Assembly: GCA_963719315.1 (NCBI GenBank)
Contig: CAVRBU010000004.1
Coordinates: 480,001-544,000 of the forward strand
Reading direction: 5' to 3'
Source: an uncultured Planctomycetota bacterium
GTDB taxonomy: Bacteria > Planctomycetota > Planctomycetia > Pirellulales > Lacipirellulaceae
Length of the DNA stretch: 64,000 nt
In this document: piece after piece, positions 43,371-53,428 of the stretch
Layout: each line of letters starts with the position of its first letter
Position numbering within the stretch: the stretch's first letter is position 1
Position numbers and translations under genes: made by a program
Notes under the pieces: generated by a model
The model's database searches: none
What the model was told of the DNA's origin: nothing
The model's input: only the letters and a program-made list of their open reading frames with translations

Positions 43371-44354
43371 ATGCAGTATCGCGCGTTGGGTCGTACCGGC
43401 TGGAATGTTTCGACCGTCAGCTTCGGCGCTTGGGCGATCGGTGGCGCGTGGGGCTCGGTGGATGACAAGGAATCGCTCGCCGCGCTCGATCGGGCCATCG
43501 ACCTCGGCGTCAACTTTATCGATACGGCCGACGTGTATGGCGACGGACGCAGCGAGCTGCTCGTGGCAGAGGTTCGCCGGCGGCGCTCGGAAGTGATTCA
43601 TGTCGCCACGAAAGCCGGCCGGCGGCTACCGGCGCAAACCGTCGAGGGCTATAGCCGCGAAAACCTCACGGCTTTCGTCGAACGCAGCTTGAAAAATCTG
43701 GGCACGGAGACCATCGACTTGCTGCAACTTCATTGCCCGCCGAATGAGGTTTACTATCGGCCCGAGGTGTTCGGCTTTCTGGATGACTTGGTCGCGGCCG
43801 GCAAGCTGCAGTATTACGGCGTGAGCGTCACGTCACCGGAGGAAGGCCTCAAGGCGATGGATTTTCCGAATCTGCAGAGCGTGCAAATCATTTTCAATAT
43901 GTTCCGTCACCGGCCGGCGGAAGTGTTTCTGGCCGAAGCGAAACGCCGCAAGGTGGGCGTACTGGCCCGCGTGCCGCTGGCCTCCGGCATGCTCACCGGC
44001 AAGATGCGGCGCGACACGAAATTCGAACCGACCGACCACCGCGACTTCAATCGTCACGGCGAACAGTTCGATGTCGGCGAAACGTTTTCCGGCGTCGATT
44101 ACGAAACCGGCTTGCGGGCCGTGGAGGAATTGAAAACCGTTTGCCCGCCCGGCTGGTCGCTCACGCAATTCGCCTTGCGGTGGATATTGATGCACGAAGG
44201 CGTGACGTGTGCAATCCCCGGTGCCAAGCGGCCCGCGCAAGCGGAAGACAACTGCGCCGCGGCCGACCTGCCGCCGCTCACCGAGGCCGCGATGGAAGCC
44301 GTTCGCCGGATTTACGATGAGCACATCCGGGCGCAGGTGCATGCTCGTTGGTAG
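43371..44354 (+). CDS. Aldo/keto reductase
   Basis: GVNFIDTADVYGDG, IDLLQLH, AIPGAK. Confidence 0.92.
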   Translation: MQYRALGRTGWNVSTVSFGAWAIGGAWGSVDDKESLAALDRAIDLGVNFIDTADVYGDGRSELLVAEVRRRRSEVIHVATKAGRRLPAQTVEGYSRENLTAFVERSLKNLGTETIDLLQLHCPPNEVYYRPEVFGFLDDLVAAGKLQYYGVSVTSPEEGLKAMDFPNLQSVQIIFNMFRHRPAEVFLAEAKRRKVGVLARVPLASGMLTGKMRRDTKFEPTDHRDFNRHGEQFDVGETFSGVDYETGLRAVEELKTVCPPGWSLTQFALRWILMHEGVTCAIPGAKRPAQAEDNCAAADLPPLTEAAMEAVRRIYDEHIRAQVHARW

Positions 44355-44416
44355 GAATCTGCGGGCTGGTAGTCCCCATCGCAAATACCGAGAGCAAGAG
44401 GTGGGCGGTGCCCACG

Positions 44417-45343
44417 CTACTTTATCCGCAGCGTCGCAGTCACTGGATAATGGTCGGATGGCCAGCGGCCGTCGTAATTGGTGCGGATAATTCCGGCCGC
44501 TATGGGAGTGAACTCATCGGTGTGCAGAATGAAATCGATCCGCGAGCCTTTGAGCGTGCCCTTCCAATCATCGAAGCTGGCTTCGTCGGATGAGCGCTGG
44601 GGATGGAGCTCGCGGTAGCTATCGGCCAGCTTGCGTCCCGATTCGTCGGGTCCGACCAGCGTGATAAAGGCCGGCGTATCTTCTTTGCTGTTGAGATCGC
44701 CGGTCACGATGAGGGGGACGCCTCTCGCAATTGTGGCCAGACGTTGACGAACCAATGCGGCCGACTTCTTGCGGGCTGTCGCGTCGATATGGTCCCAATG
44801 TTGATTCAGCAACACCAGCTCGTGGCCCGTGTTGGCATCCAGCAGTCGCACCCAGGAGGCGATGCGTGGCACGGCGTTCGGCACGGTGTAAAAACTCGTG
44901 CCCGGTTTTTCGGGGGTCGCGCTGAGCCAGAACGAGCCGGCGTCTTTCCGCGTGAAGCGATCCCGGCGATAAAAGATTCCCGAGAATTCGCCGGCCGTTT
45001 TGCCGTCGTCGCGGCCGATGCCGTAAAACGCGTACTCCGGCAATGCTTTTTTCAGATCTTCGATTTGTTGGTCGCGGGCTTCCTGCACGCCGAGCAGATC
45101 GGGTGCGGCCTCGCGGATGACGCGAATCGATCGCTCGCGGCGTGGGTGCTCGGCATCGTTCCAGTTGTTCTCGGCCAGGTCTTCGCTGTGACCGGCTATG
45201 CTGAAGCGGATGTTAAATGACATCACGCGGAGGTCGGGTGAATCGGCGGCGGATGCTACGGCGCACCCCATAGAGAGCGCCAGGAAGATCGTCGCGGACA
45301 GGGCAACGATTCTCCGTATATGTCTTTGAAAAAGATTGGGCAT
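44417..45343 (-). CDS. Secreted endonuclease/exonuclease/phosphatase family protein
   Basis: MSFNIR, DLLGVQEA, GDLNS, RIDFIL, PSDHYPV. Confidence 0.9.
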   Translation of the reverse strand: MPNLFQRHIRRIVALSATIFLALSMGCAVASAADSPDLRVMSFNIRFSIAGHSEDLAENNWNDAEHPRRERSIRVIREAAPDLLGVQEARDQQIEDLKKALPEYAFYGIGRDDGKTAGEFSGIFYRRDRFTRKDAGSFWLSATPEKPGTSFYTVPNAVPRIASWVRLLDANTGHELVLLNQHWDHIDATARKKSAALVRQRLATIARGVPLIVTGDLNSKEDTPAFITLVGPDESGRKLADSYRELHPQRSSDEASFDDWKGTLKGSRIDFILHTDEFTPIAAGIIRTNYDGRWPSDHYPVTATLRIK

Positions 45344-45354
45344 CGGTAGTCCTT

Positions 45355-45442
45355 GTAGGTCCCTTCTGCCGGAATGGACCTTTACGATTCATCGAACTTT
45401 GCGATGACGCAAAGGTCCCGCTCGGCAAGCGGGACCTACTTT
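45355..45442. repeat. REP doublet (GTAGGT family), copy 2
   Basis: GTAGGTCCCTTCTGCCGGAATGGACCT ... AGGTCCCGCTCGGCAAGCGGGACCTACTT. Confidence 0.75.
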
Positions 45443-45452
45443 TGTCACAAAG

Positions 45453-47030
45453 CTATTCCTTGCCGACGTGCTTCACCTTCGGCCAATATTTTTGAAAGTC
45501 GAATTCGGGGCTGTTGTCGCCATCGTGGCATTGCATGCACATTTTGGCGACTTTTGCTTTTTCAAAGACCTGCCCATCCTTGTTGCCTTCGTTGTCGACG
45601 ATCTTCAATCGTAGCGCAGCGCGCAGCTCATCCCGCTGGGCGTCGGTCAGTTCGATTTCGCCGTTCTCGGCGGCGGCATGTTTGGCCGCCGGGCCGTGAC
45701 AGTTCTCACAACCGTTGCCCACGAGGTCGGGCGTATCTTTCATGCTCACATAGCCGGATTCGAACGGGAAATACTTTTGCGGCTCCCAACCGGTGACGTG
45801 ACAGCTTAAGCATTCGGGGTCGTACAGCCGGGGCGGATCGGTGCGCTTTACCAGGGTCTCGGTCGCGTGGGCATGGGGCGTGCTCTCGTATACCTCGGCT
45901 GCTTTGGTGTGGCAATCGGCGCACACCTTGCTTCCGGCGTACTTGCGACCGGTCGGATGGGCAGTGGACTTGAGTCCCAAGCCATCCCACCCGAGTTTAG
46001 CAAGCGTTTCGAGCTGGTGCTGATAGTCGACCTGCATTTTGTAGATTTCTGGCGCATCGGCGAAGCGATGATCGAGCGGCACGCGCTGGTAGCGGAACGA
46101 CGGCTTGCCGTTCTTGTAAAAGCCGACGACTACTACGTACTCGGCCTTCTGCCCGACTTCGACCAAATACGAATCGGTCCCCTCGATTTTGGCTGGCTCT
46201 TTGGGCGGCACTTCGGCGCCGTGCGTCGTCAGCACCCAATCAAATACTTTGAACCGCCGTGCGAGCGCCTTGGCCTCGTCTGGCTCACCATTCACAAGAA
46301 GCACCAAATGATCGCATTTCGCGTTCTCGAGGTCGGCCAAGATATCTGGAATCGCTTGTACCGGTTCGGCCAGCAACAGGTCCTTGTTCTTGATGTGGGA
46401 GATTTGCTTTGTTCCCAGCACGGTGGTGACGCCGATTCGCATGCCGCCGCGCTCGATGATCTTATACCGCTTCGTAAACCCGCTGTTGAAGTCGCCGATG
46501 GCCACGTTTGCCGAAACCAGCGGATTGGTGGCGGCCTCCAGATTGATGGCGATGGAAAACAGATCCATCTTGAGGTCGTTTTCGCCAAAGCCGACAACGT
46601 CGTAGCCCATCTTTGTCAGGGCGCGATACGTAAAATCGGCTTTCATGCCGGCTTGCACGCCGGTGTACTTTTCTTGGCCGCCCGCATCCATCACGATCAG
46701 GGGCCAGCCCCGGTCGCGTAATTGCTTGAGCATCGTAAAGCGTCGTTTGAGGCCGCCCTTCTGGTTCTCCAGGCCGGCACAACCACACGGCTCCAGATAA
46801 CCATCTTGCTCGGCGGAAAACACGAGCGCGACATCGGGCTTCGGCCAATCGACGAAGATCGGGCCGTTCGCCTCGATCGGATCGACCTTTTCATGATTGC
46901 CAATCACCGGATCGGAGCTATCGGCCGCGGGCGTCGCGCCGCGCAACATGCCGACTGCGATAGCCGCCCCCAGAATCACGAGCGGCGCGATCTTCATCCC
47001 CTGCGTTCTCAGATTCGGGCGAGCGGGCAT
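45453..47030 (-). CDS. UshA/5'-nucleotidase-like domain fused to a tetraheme cytochrome c (c554-like) domain
   Basis: GYLEPCGCAG..GGLKRR, MDAGG; CxxCH motifs CADCH, CLSCH, CENCH, CMQCH. Confidence 0.8.
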   Translation of the reverse strand: MPARPNLRTQGMKIAPLVILGAAIAVGMLRGATPAADSSDPVIGNHEKVDPIEANGPIFVDWPKPDVALVFSAEQDGYLEPCGCAGLENQKGGLKRRFTMLKQLRDRGWPLIVMDAGGQEKYTGVQAGMKADFTYRALTKMGYDVVGFGENDLKMDLFSIAINLEAATNPLVSANVAIGDFNSGFTKRYKIIERGGMRIGVTTVLGTKQISHIKNKDLLLAEPVQAIPDILADLENAKCDHLVLLVNGEPDEAKALARRFKVFDWVLTTHGAEVPPKEPAKIEGTDSYLVEVGQKAEYVVVVGFYKNGKPSFRYQRVPLDHRFADAPEIYKMQVDYQHQLETLAKLGWDGLGLKSTAHPTGRKYAGSKVCADCHTKAAEVYESTPHAHATETLVKRTDPPRLYDPECLSCHVTGWEPQKYFPFESGYVSMKDTPDLVGNGCENCHGPAAKHAAAENGEIELTDAQRDELRAALRLKIVDNEGNKDGQVFEKAKVAKMCMQCHDGDNSPEFDFQKYWPKVKHVGKE

Positions 47031-47081
47031 CCGTACAGTTCCTGGTTCTGACGTAAAAGCACAATGCGAATGCGTCGCCGG

Positions 47082-48251
47082 TTAACGCTCGATGACGAAC
47101 TGCACGCCAAGCGACAATTCTTTGATCTTGGGGTGCGTCGTCGAGATCACGATCCGCCCGGCCTCGCCCTGGGCCGTATCGAGGCGAACCATTGGCCGCA
47201 AACCGGGCGATATTTCGATTTCCAGCGGCAACTGCACGAGCTCTTCCTTCAATTTCTGCGGCTTGCCGATGGTGACTTTCAGTTCCGGGGGATCGCAGGA
47301 GAGCACTTTGAAGGCCACCTTCTCCGCGTCGGGTCCGCGGACGACGATGATTAACTTGTCCTTGTGCCCTTCGCTGCTCTTCACGCTCCCAATTCTCAAG
47401 GCGCCTTGGTCCTCGAGCCAGCCAGGGCCGTGGACGCTGATATCGCCAACCACCTGGCCTAGAATGGGAATCTCCAGCGACTCGGCTTGCTCCAGATTCG
47501 TCTTGAGTGAAAGCCATTGCGAAAATCGGCCGATGGGCAGACCTTCCTTTGCAGTCACCGAGACACGCACGCCGCGCCGGGCCGACTTATTGGGCAAATC
47601 TTTCGTATCCACCGGTTCGATTTTCACTTTGAACCGATCGCGGGTCGCGGCATCGGAAAGCTGTGGATCGCTGACCTTGAGATCATCCTGCAACATGGCC
47701 ATCACGTAGACCTGGGCCGTGCGGCTCTCGCCGATTGGAATCTTGTCGAACATGAACTCGCTCGGCTCCACGCCGCTGACCGACATGATCTTGCCATCGA
47801 TCGTGAATTGCAACGTCGAGTGGAGCGGATCGTTGGTGAGAATGTTGGCCGTTTGGCGGAAGGGGCCGTTATCGGACTTCGCAGTCCACTCGACCTTGAC
47901 GTGGGTCGAGCCGCCGGGCGGAACGGCCGAGTTGCTCACTTCCGAAAGGGTGCACTTGCAGGTGGTGGTGCCGGCCCGCAATGTCAGCGGCGCTGTGCCG
48001 GCGTTACGAATCGTGAACTCGTGCGACTTCTTCGTGCCCCGCTGCATGCTGCCGAAATCGTAATGGAGTTCGTCCGACTCGGCGCGAGGTAGATCGCCAC
48101 TTGCATCGGGGGCTGTGACCTCGGTTTCGCCCGGCAAGGCATTGACGGGCCCCAAATCGTTGCGGACCTCGACGTACGCGACCGCGCCCCCCACGAGGCA
48201 GCCGACCAAGGCCGCCACGGAAATCAGGCTTAGAATTCGCATAGTTCCCAT
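47082..48251 (-). CDS. DUF1573 Ig-like domain protein
   Basis: YDFGSM..HEFTIRNAGTAPLTL..TTCKCT..ILTNDP. Confidence 0.8.
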   Translation of the reverse strand: MGTMRILSLISVAALVGCLVGGAVAYVEVRNDLGPVNALPGETEVTAPDASGDLPRAESDELHYDFGSMQRGTKKSHEFTIRNAGTAPLTLRAGTTTCKCTLSEVSNSAVPPGGSTHVKVEWTAKSDNGPFRQTANILTNDPLHSTLQFTIDGKIMSVSGVEPSEFMFDKIPIGESRTAQVYVMAMLQDDLKVSDPQLSDAATRDRFKVKIEPVDTKDLPNKSARRGVRVSVTAKEGLPIGRFSQWLSLKTNLEQAESLEIPILGQVVGDISVHGPGWLEDQGALRIGSVKSSEGHKDKLIIVVRGPDAEKVAFKVLSCDPPELKVTIGKPQKLKEELVQLPLEIEISPGLRPMVRLDTAQGEAGRIVISTTHPKIKELSLGVQFVIER

Positions 48252-48305
48252 AATTACAGACCTCGCCTTCTTCGCATTACGGGTGGCCGCGTTGCACGGT
48301 TCGCA

Positions 48306-48857
48306 TCATTTTAGCCCGCCGGCACGCGGGCCGCAATTCAAGAGCCATTCGCGGCACTCGTTGAAAAACCGGTGGAAGTCGTCGCGGCGGTAGTCGGGAT
48401 AAGTCCACTCCAGCGGCTGCCAACGGTGCTGCCGATAGGCGAGCGTCACCTCGGCGTAGATGCCCTCGCGCAGATAGATACGATGCGCATGATCCTTCGT
48501 GGACGCGAGCACCAGCTTGGCCGGGGTGATGTAACCGGGGTCAAGATTGAGCGGCCGCGGCTCGGCGTGCCTCGCCAACGCGGCGTACTCTGCTTCCCAC
48601 TCGTTGGTCTGGCGCTTGATCTGGGCCAACGCGCCCGGATCGATCGGCCGCTCGAACGCGAGAAACTGCTTCTTGAGGCCGGCGCCCATCGTGGCGGTGT
48701 AGTAATCGGTTTCCGAGAAGTCGAAGGCATCGCTCGTCAGGATGACAGGTCCGTGGTACTGAATGGCGATTTCGCGGCTCCAATCGAAGGCCGTCTGATG
48801 CCTGCTGACTACTGCTACCAGCAGCATCGTCGGCGCTGGTTGGTGAATGTCGCCCAT
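48306..48857 (-). CDS. DUF4416 family protein
   Basis: FSETDYYTATMG, RPLNLDPGY, LVLASTKDHAHRIYL, WTYPDY. Confidence 0.88.
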   Translation of the reverse strand: MGDIHQPAPTMLLVAVVSRHQTAFDWSREIAIQYHGPVILTSDAFDFSETDYYTATMGAGLKKQFLAFERPIDPGALAQIKRQTNEWEAEYAALARHAEPRPLNLDPGYITPAKLVLASTKDHAHRIYLREGIYAEVTLAYRQHRWQPLEWTYPDYRRDDFHRFFNECREWLLNCGPRAGGLK

Positions 48858-48865
48858 TTTTCAAT

Positions 48866-49045
48866 TGACACAAAAAGGCACGAAAAGACACTAAAAACGC
48901 CAGAACGCTAATTACCACTGATCTTCTCCAATCAAGAAATGGAGGACTCCTGAATTCAATCATTCCCATTAGCGACGATTGGCGAAAATCAGTTTTCCCT
49001 CTCGACGAAATTCTTTTTGCGCCTCCTCGTGCCTTTTCGTGGCCA
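48866..49045. repeat. Nested degenerate palindromic repeats
   Basis: CACAAAAAGGCACGAAAAGACAC ... GCGCCTCCTCGTGCCTTTTCGTGGC around an inner ACTGAT/ATCAGT inverted repeat. Confidence 0.6.
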
Positions 49046-49048
49046 TTG

Positions 49049-50790
<1,742 letters not shown>

Positions 50791-50793
50791 TTA

Positions 50794-51801
50794 ATGTCCA
50801 CCACGACTGAACGACGATACGTTTGCCAGCTTGGCCACAACGAACAAATCAACCAAGTGTTCTTGGCGTCCGACAAGCAACTGCGGCCCAATCGCAACGG
50901 CAACCTGTATCTGCAGTTGCAACTTTCCGACCGCAGCGGTGGAATCGCGGCCCGGCTCTGGAACGCGAGCGAGAACGACTACCGCGCATTCGAAAATGGC
51001 GATTATGTGAAAGTCGAAGGCAACACGCAGCTCTTTCAGGGCAACATGCAGCTCATCGCCAGCGCGATTCGCCGCGCCCGGCCCGACGAGATCGATGAAA
51101 CCGATTTCCTCGTGCTCCGCAGCGACGAGATCGACCGCATGGCACAGCGGCTTACTGAAATCCTGCGGACGATCAAGATGCCCGAGCTCCGCAACCTGGC
51201 CGAATGTTTCCTGATGGATGCCGCGTTCATGGCCAAGTTCGCGGCTGCCCCGGCCGGCATGAAAAACCATCACGCCTACCACGGCGGGCTATTGGAGCAC
51301 GTCGTCGGGCTGATGGAGCTGGTGCTCGTCGTCGCCCCGCGCTACCCGCGCCTCGATCAGGACAAGCTGCTCGTCGGCGCGTTCCTGCACGATGCGGCCA
51401 AGGTCGACGAACTCTCCTACGATCGCGAAATCGCCTACACCGACGACGGCCAACTCCTCGGCCACATGGTACTGGCCATGACGATGATCGACGACAAAGT
51501 CCGTGACGCCGAACGGCTCGCCGGCGAAGCGTTCCCCAAGCAGCTCGTGACCGAGATCAAGCACATGGTAATCAGCCACCATGGCGAATACGAATACGGC
51601 AGCCCCAAGCTGCCGATGACGCTCGAAGCCGTCGCCCTGCACCACCTCGACAACCTCGACGCCAAGATGGCCAGCTTCACGCAATTGATGGTCGATTGCC
51701 CGAACGTGGAGAGCAATTGGACGCAGTATCATGCGAACCTGGGGCGGAAGTTATATAAGGGCCCGCGGCAACTTGCACCGAACTCCAGCGAACATCGCTG
51801 A
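50794..51801 (+). CDS. yhaM: 3'-5' exoribonuclease YhaM/Cbf1 (OB fold plus HD domain)
   Basis: LSDRSGGIAARLW, HHAYHGGLLEH, LHDAAK, SHHGEYEYGSP, DNLDAK. Confidence 0.9.
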   Translation: MSTTTERRYVCQLGHNEQINQVFLASDKQLRPNRNGNLYLQLQLSDRSGGIAARLWNASENDYRAFENGDYVKVEGNTQLFQGNMQLIASAIRRARPDEIDETDFLVLRSDEIDRMAQRLTEILRTIKMPELRNLAECFLMDAAFMAKFAAAPAGMKNHHAYHGGLLEHVVGLMELVLVVAPRYPRLDQDKLLVGAFLHDAAKVDELSYDREIAYTDDGQLLGHMVLAMTMIDDKVRDAERLAGEAFPKQLVTEIKHMVISHHGEYEYGSPKLPMTLEAVALHHLDNLDAKMASFTQLMVDCPNVESNWTQYHANLGRKLYKGPRQLAPNSSEHR

Positions 51802-51816
51802 TTAGAATACATCCAT

Positions 51817-53379
51817 TTGCAAAAGAGATCGGTACGAACACTGAGTCATCGAGACGCGAGAGTAATCATTCGAAAGCAACGCGATTACCTGGCATTCAGA
51901 ACAGATCACGGATTCGGTGATCTGGAACGTTTCGTGGCCGAAGGCGACGATTTGTTGAGCCATTATTATGTCGGAGATGACTTATACCTGGTACGAACTC
52001 GCAGCAGGGACGACAAAGCCTCTGTGTTTATAGGCCCCAAGGGAGTTGGCAAATCCGCGATACTCCAGATGGTTAGATTAAGTGAGGGCGCGGGTGGTAA
52101 TCAGGAGCGCATAATAGAGGTTGCGCCCGACGATTTAGCGTTCAATGCGCTAATCCAAGTGCATGATAGATCACCTCTGCTCAAGACACCCGGGGACAAT
52201 CGATGGCTTTTTAAATCACTTTGGGACTACGTTTTATGCGTCGCAATCCTGGAACGCGAACACGGAAATCGACATGGGATTGAACAAGCACTGAGAAAGT
52301 GGTTTGGAGGAAAGCATGAGCAAGAACAACAGCGACTTTTGAAGGCAGCGATCGACGACAGCGGTATAAAACGATCGATGACCGAAAAAATGCTGTCACT
52401 TGTCGAGGAGATCGAAATTCAAGGCTCATTTGCTGGCGCAGGCGGCGGGATAAAGGTAAAGGCGCAGCAATCCGACTCTGGAATTCATCAGGGCAGCGAT
52501 CTTAATACTTTGCAGCTAATTAACAACGTCGCCAAGGAATTACCTACCCATCTCAACCACGAGTATTTCGTCCTGATAGACGATTTGGATCTTCATTGGA
52601 AGGGTACAGATCTTCAAAATGCGTTCCTCGGCTCATTATTTCTGTCTCTTAGAAAACTCTCGTTTTCACGCAATATTAAATTTGTCGTTTCGTTGCGCAA
52701 GCGCATTTTTCGACGGGTCGATATTGAAGAGCGCGATAAGTTCAGCCATATGGTGTGTGAGCTTCATTGGACTAGCGAACAAGTTCGCGAAATGACAGAG
52801 AGACGCTTAGCCCATTCACTATCGATAGAAAGACACGAAATATGGAGCCAGCTGTTTCCGGCTGACGGATTTAAACGCCTTTTGGGTAACACGAATGGTA
52901 TGCCAAGGGAAGTCCTTCGACTTGCCGTTGACTGCGTAAAAGAGGCCAAACGCGTGAGGCATACACGTGTGGAACCAGGTGACATGGAGCATGCCATCAG
53001 AACTTTTTCCGAGAATAGACTTGATGATCTCTCGAGCGATCATTTGCACACTTTGCCGGGACTAAGGATGGTTACTCAACAGTTTATAGGCGGAAAAAAG
53101 GAATTCGATACAGAGCATCTTAGAGAGATCGCATTCCGGTTAGCTTCGCGGACTTTATCCGACTCAGTCACGATGCCGGATTGGATAGGTGCCGGTATTG
53201 ATGATCCTGCAGATTTTTCTCGGCGACTTGTTATGGCAGGTTTTCTACTAGTGAAGGATGGTCGTCACGACGAACCGCACGAAATCGATGAGGATGATCT
53301 ACAGTCGATTGATGAACATAATTGGTACGCGATCCACCCGATGTACACCGCGGGACTACAACTCGAAGGAACTCGATAG
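51817..53379 (+). CDS. Orphan P-loop ATPase (Sll1717/FunZ-like), visibly lower GC
   Basis: Walker A FIGPKGVGKS, Walker B VLIDDLD, MPREVLRL; AT-richer codons than flanks. Confidence 0.7.
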   Translation: MQKRSVRTLSHRDARVIIRKQRDYLAFRTDHGFGDLERFVAEGDDLLSHYYVGDDLYLVRTRSRDDKASVFIGPKGVGKSAILQMVRLSEGAGGNQERIIEVAPDDLAFNALIQVHDRSPLLKTPGDNRWLFKSLWDYVLCVAILEREHGNRHGIEQALRKWFGGKHEQEQQRLLKAAIDDSGIKRSMTEKMLSLVEEIEIQGSFAGAGGGIKVKAQQSDSGIHQGSDLNTLQLINNVAKELPTHLNHEYFVLIDDLDLHWKGTDLQNAFLGSLFLSLRKLSFSRNIKFVVSLRKRIFRRVDIEERDKFSHMVCELHWTSEQVREMTERRLAHSLSIERHEIWSQLFPADGFKRLLGNTNGMPREVLRLAVDCVKEAKRVRHTRVEPGDMEHAIRTFSENRLDDLSSDHLHTLPGLRMVTQQFIGGKKEFDTEHLREIAFRLASRTLSDSVTMPDWIGAGIDDPADFSRRLVMAGFLLVKDGRHDEPHEIDEDDLQSIDEHNWYAIHPMYTAGLQLEGTR

Positions 53380-53428
53380 CCAAAGGTTATAATTGACGGA
53401 CCGTCAAAAGGTTGCCGTCATAAATTCA

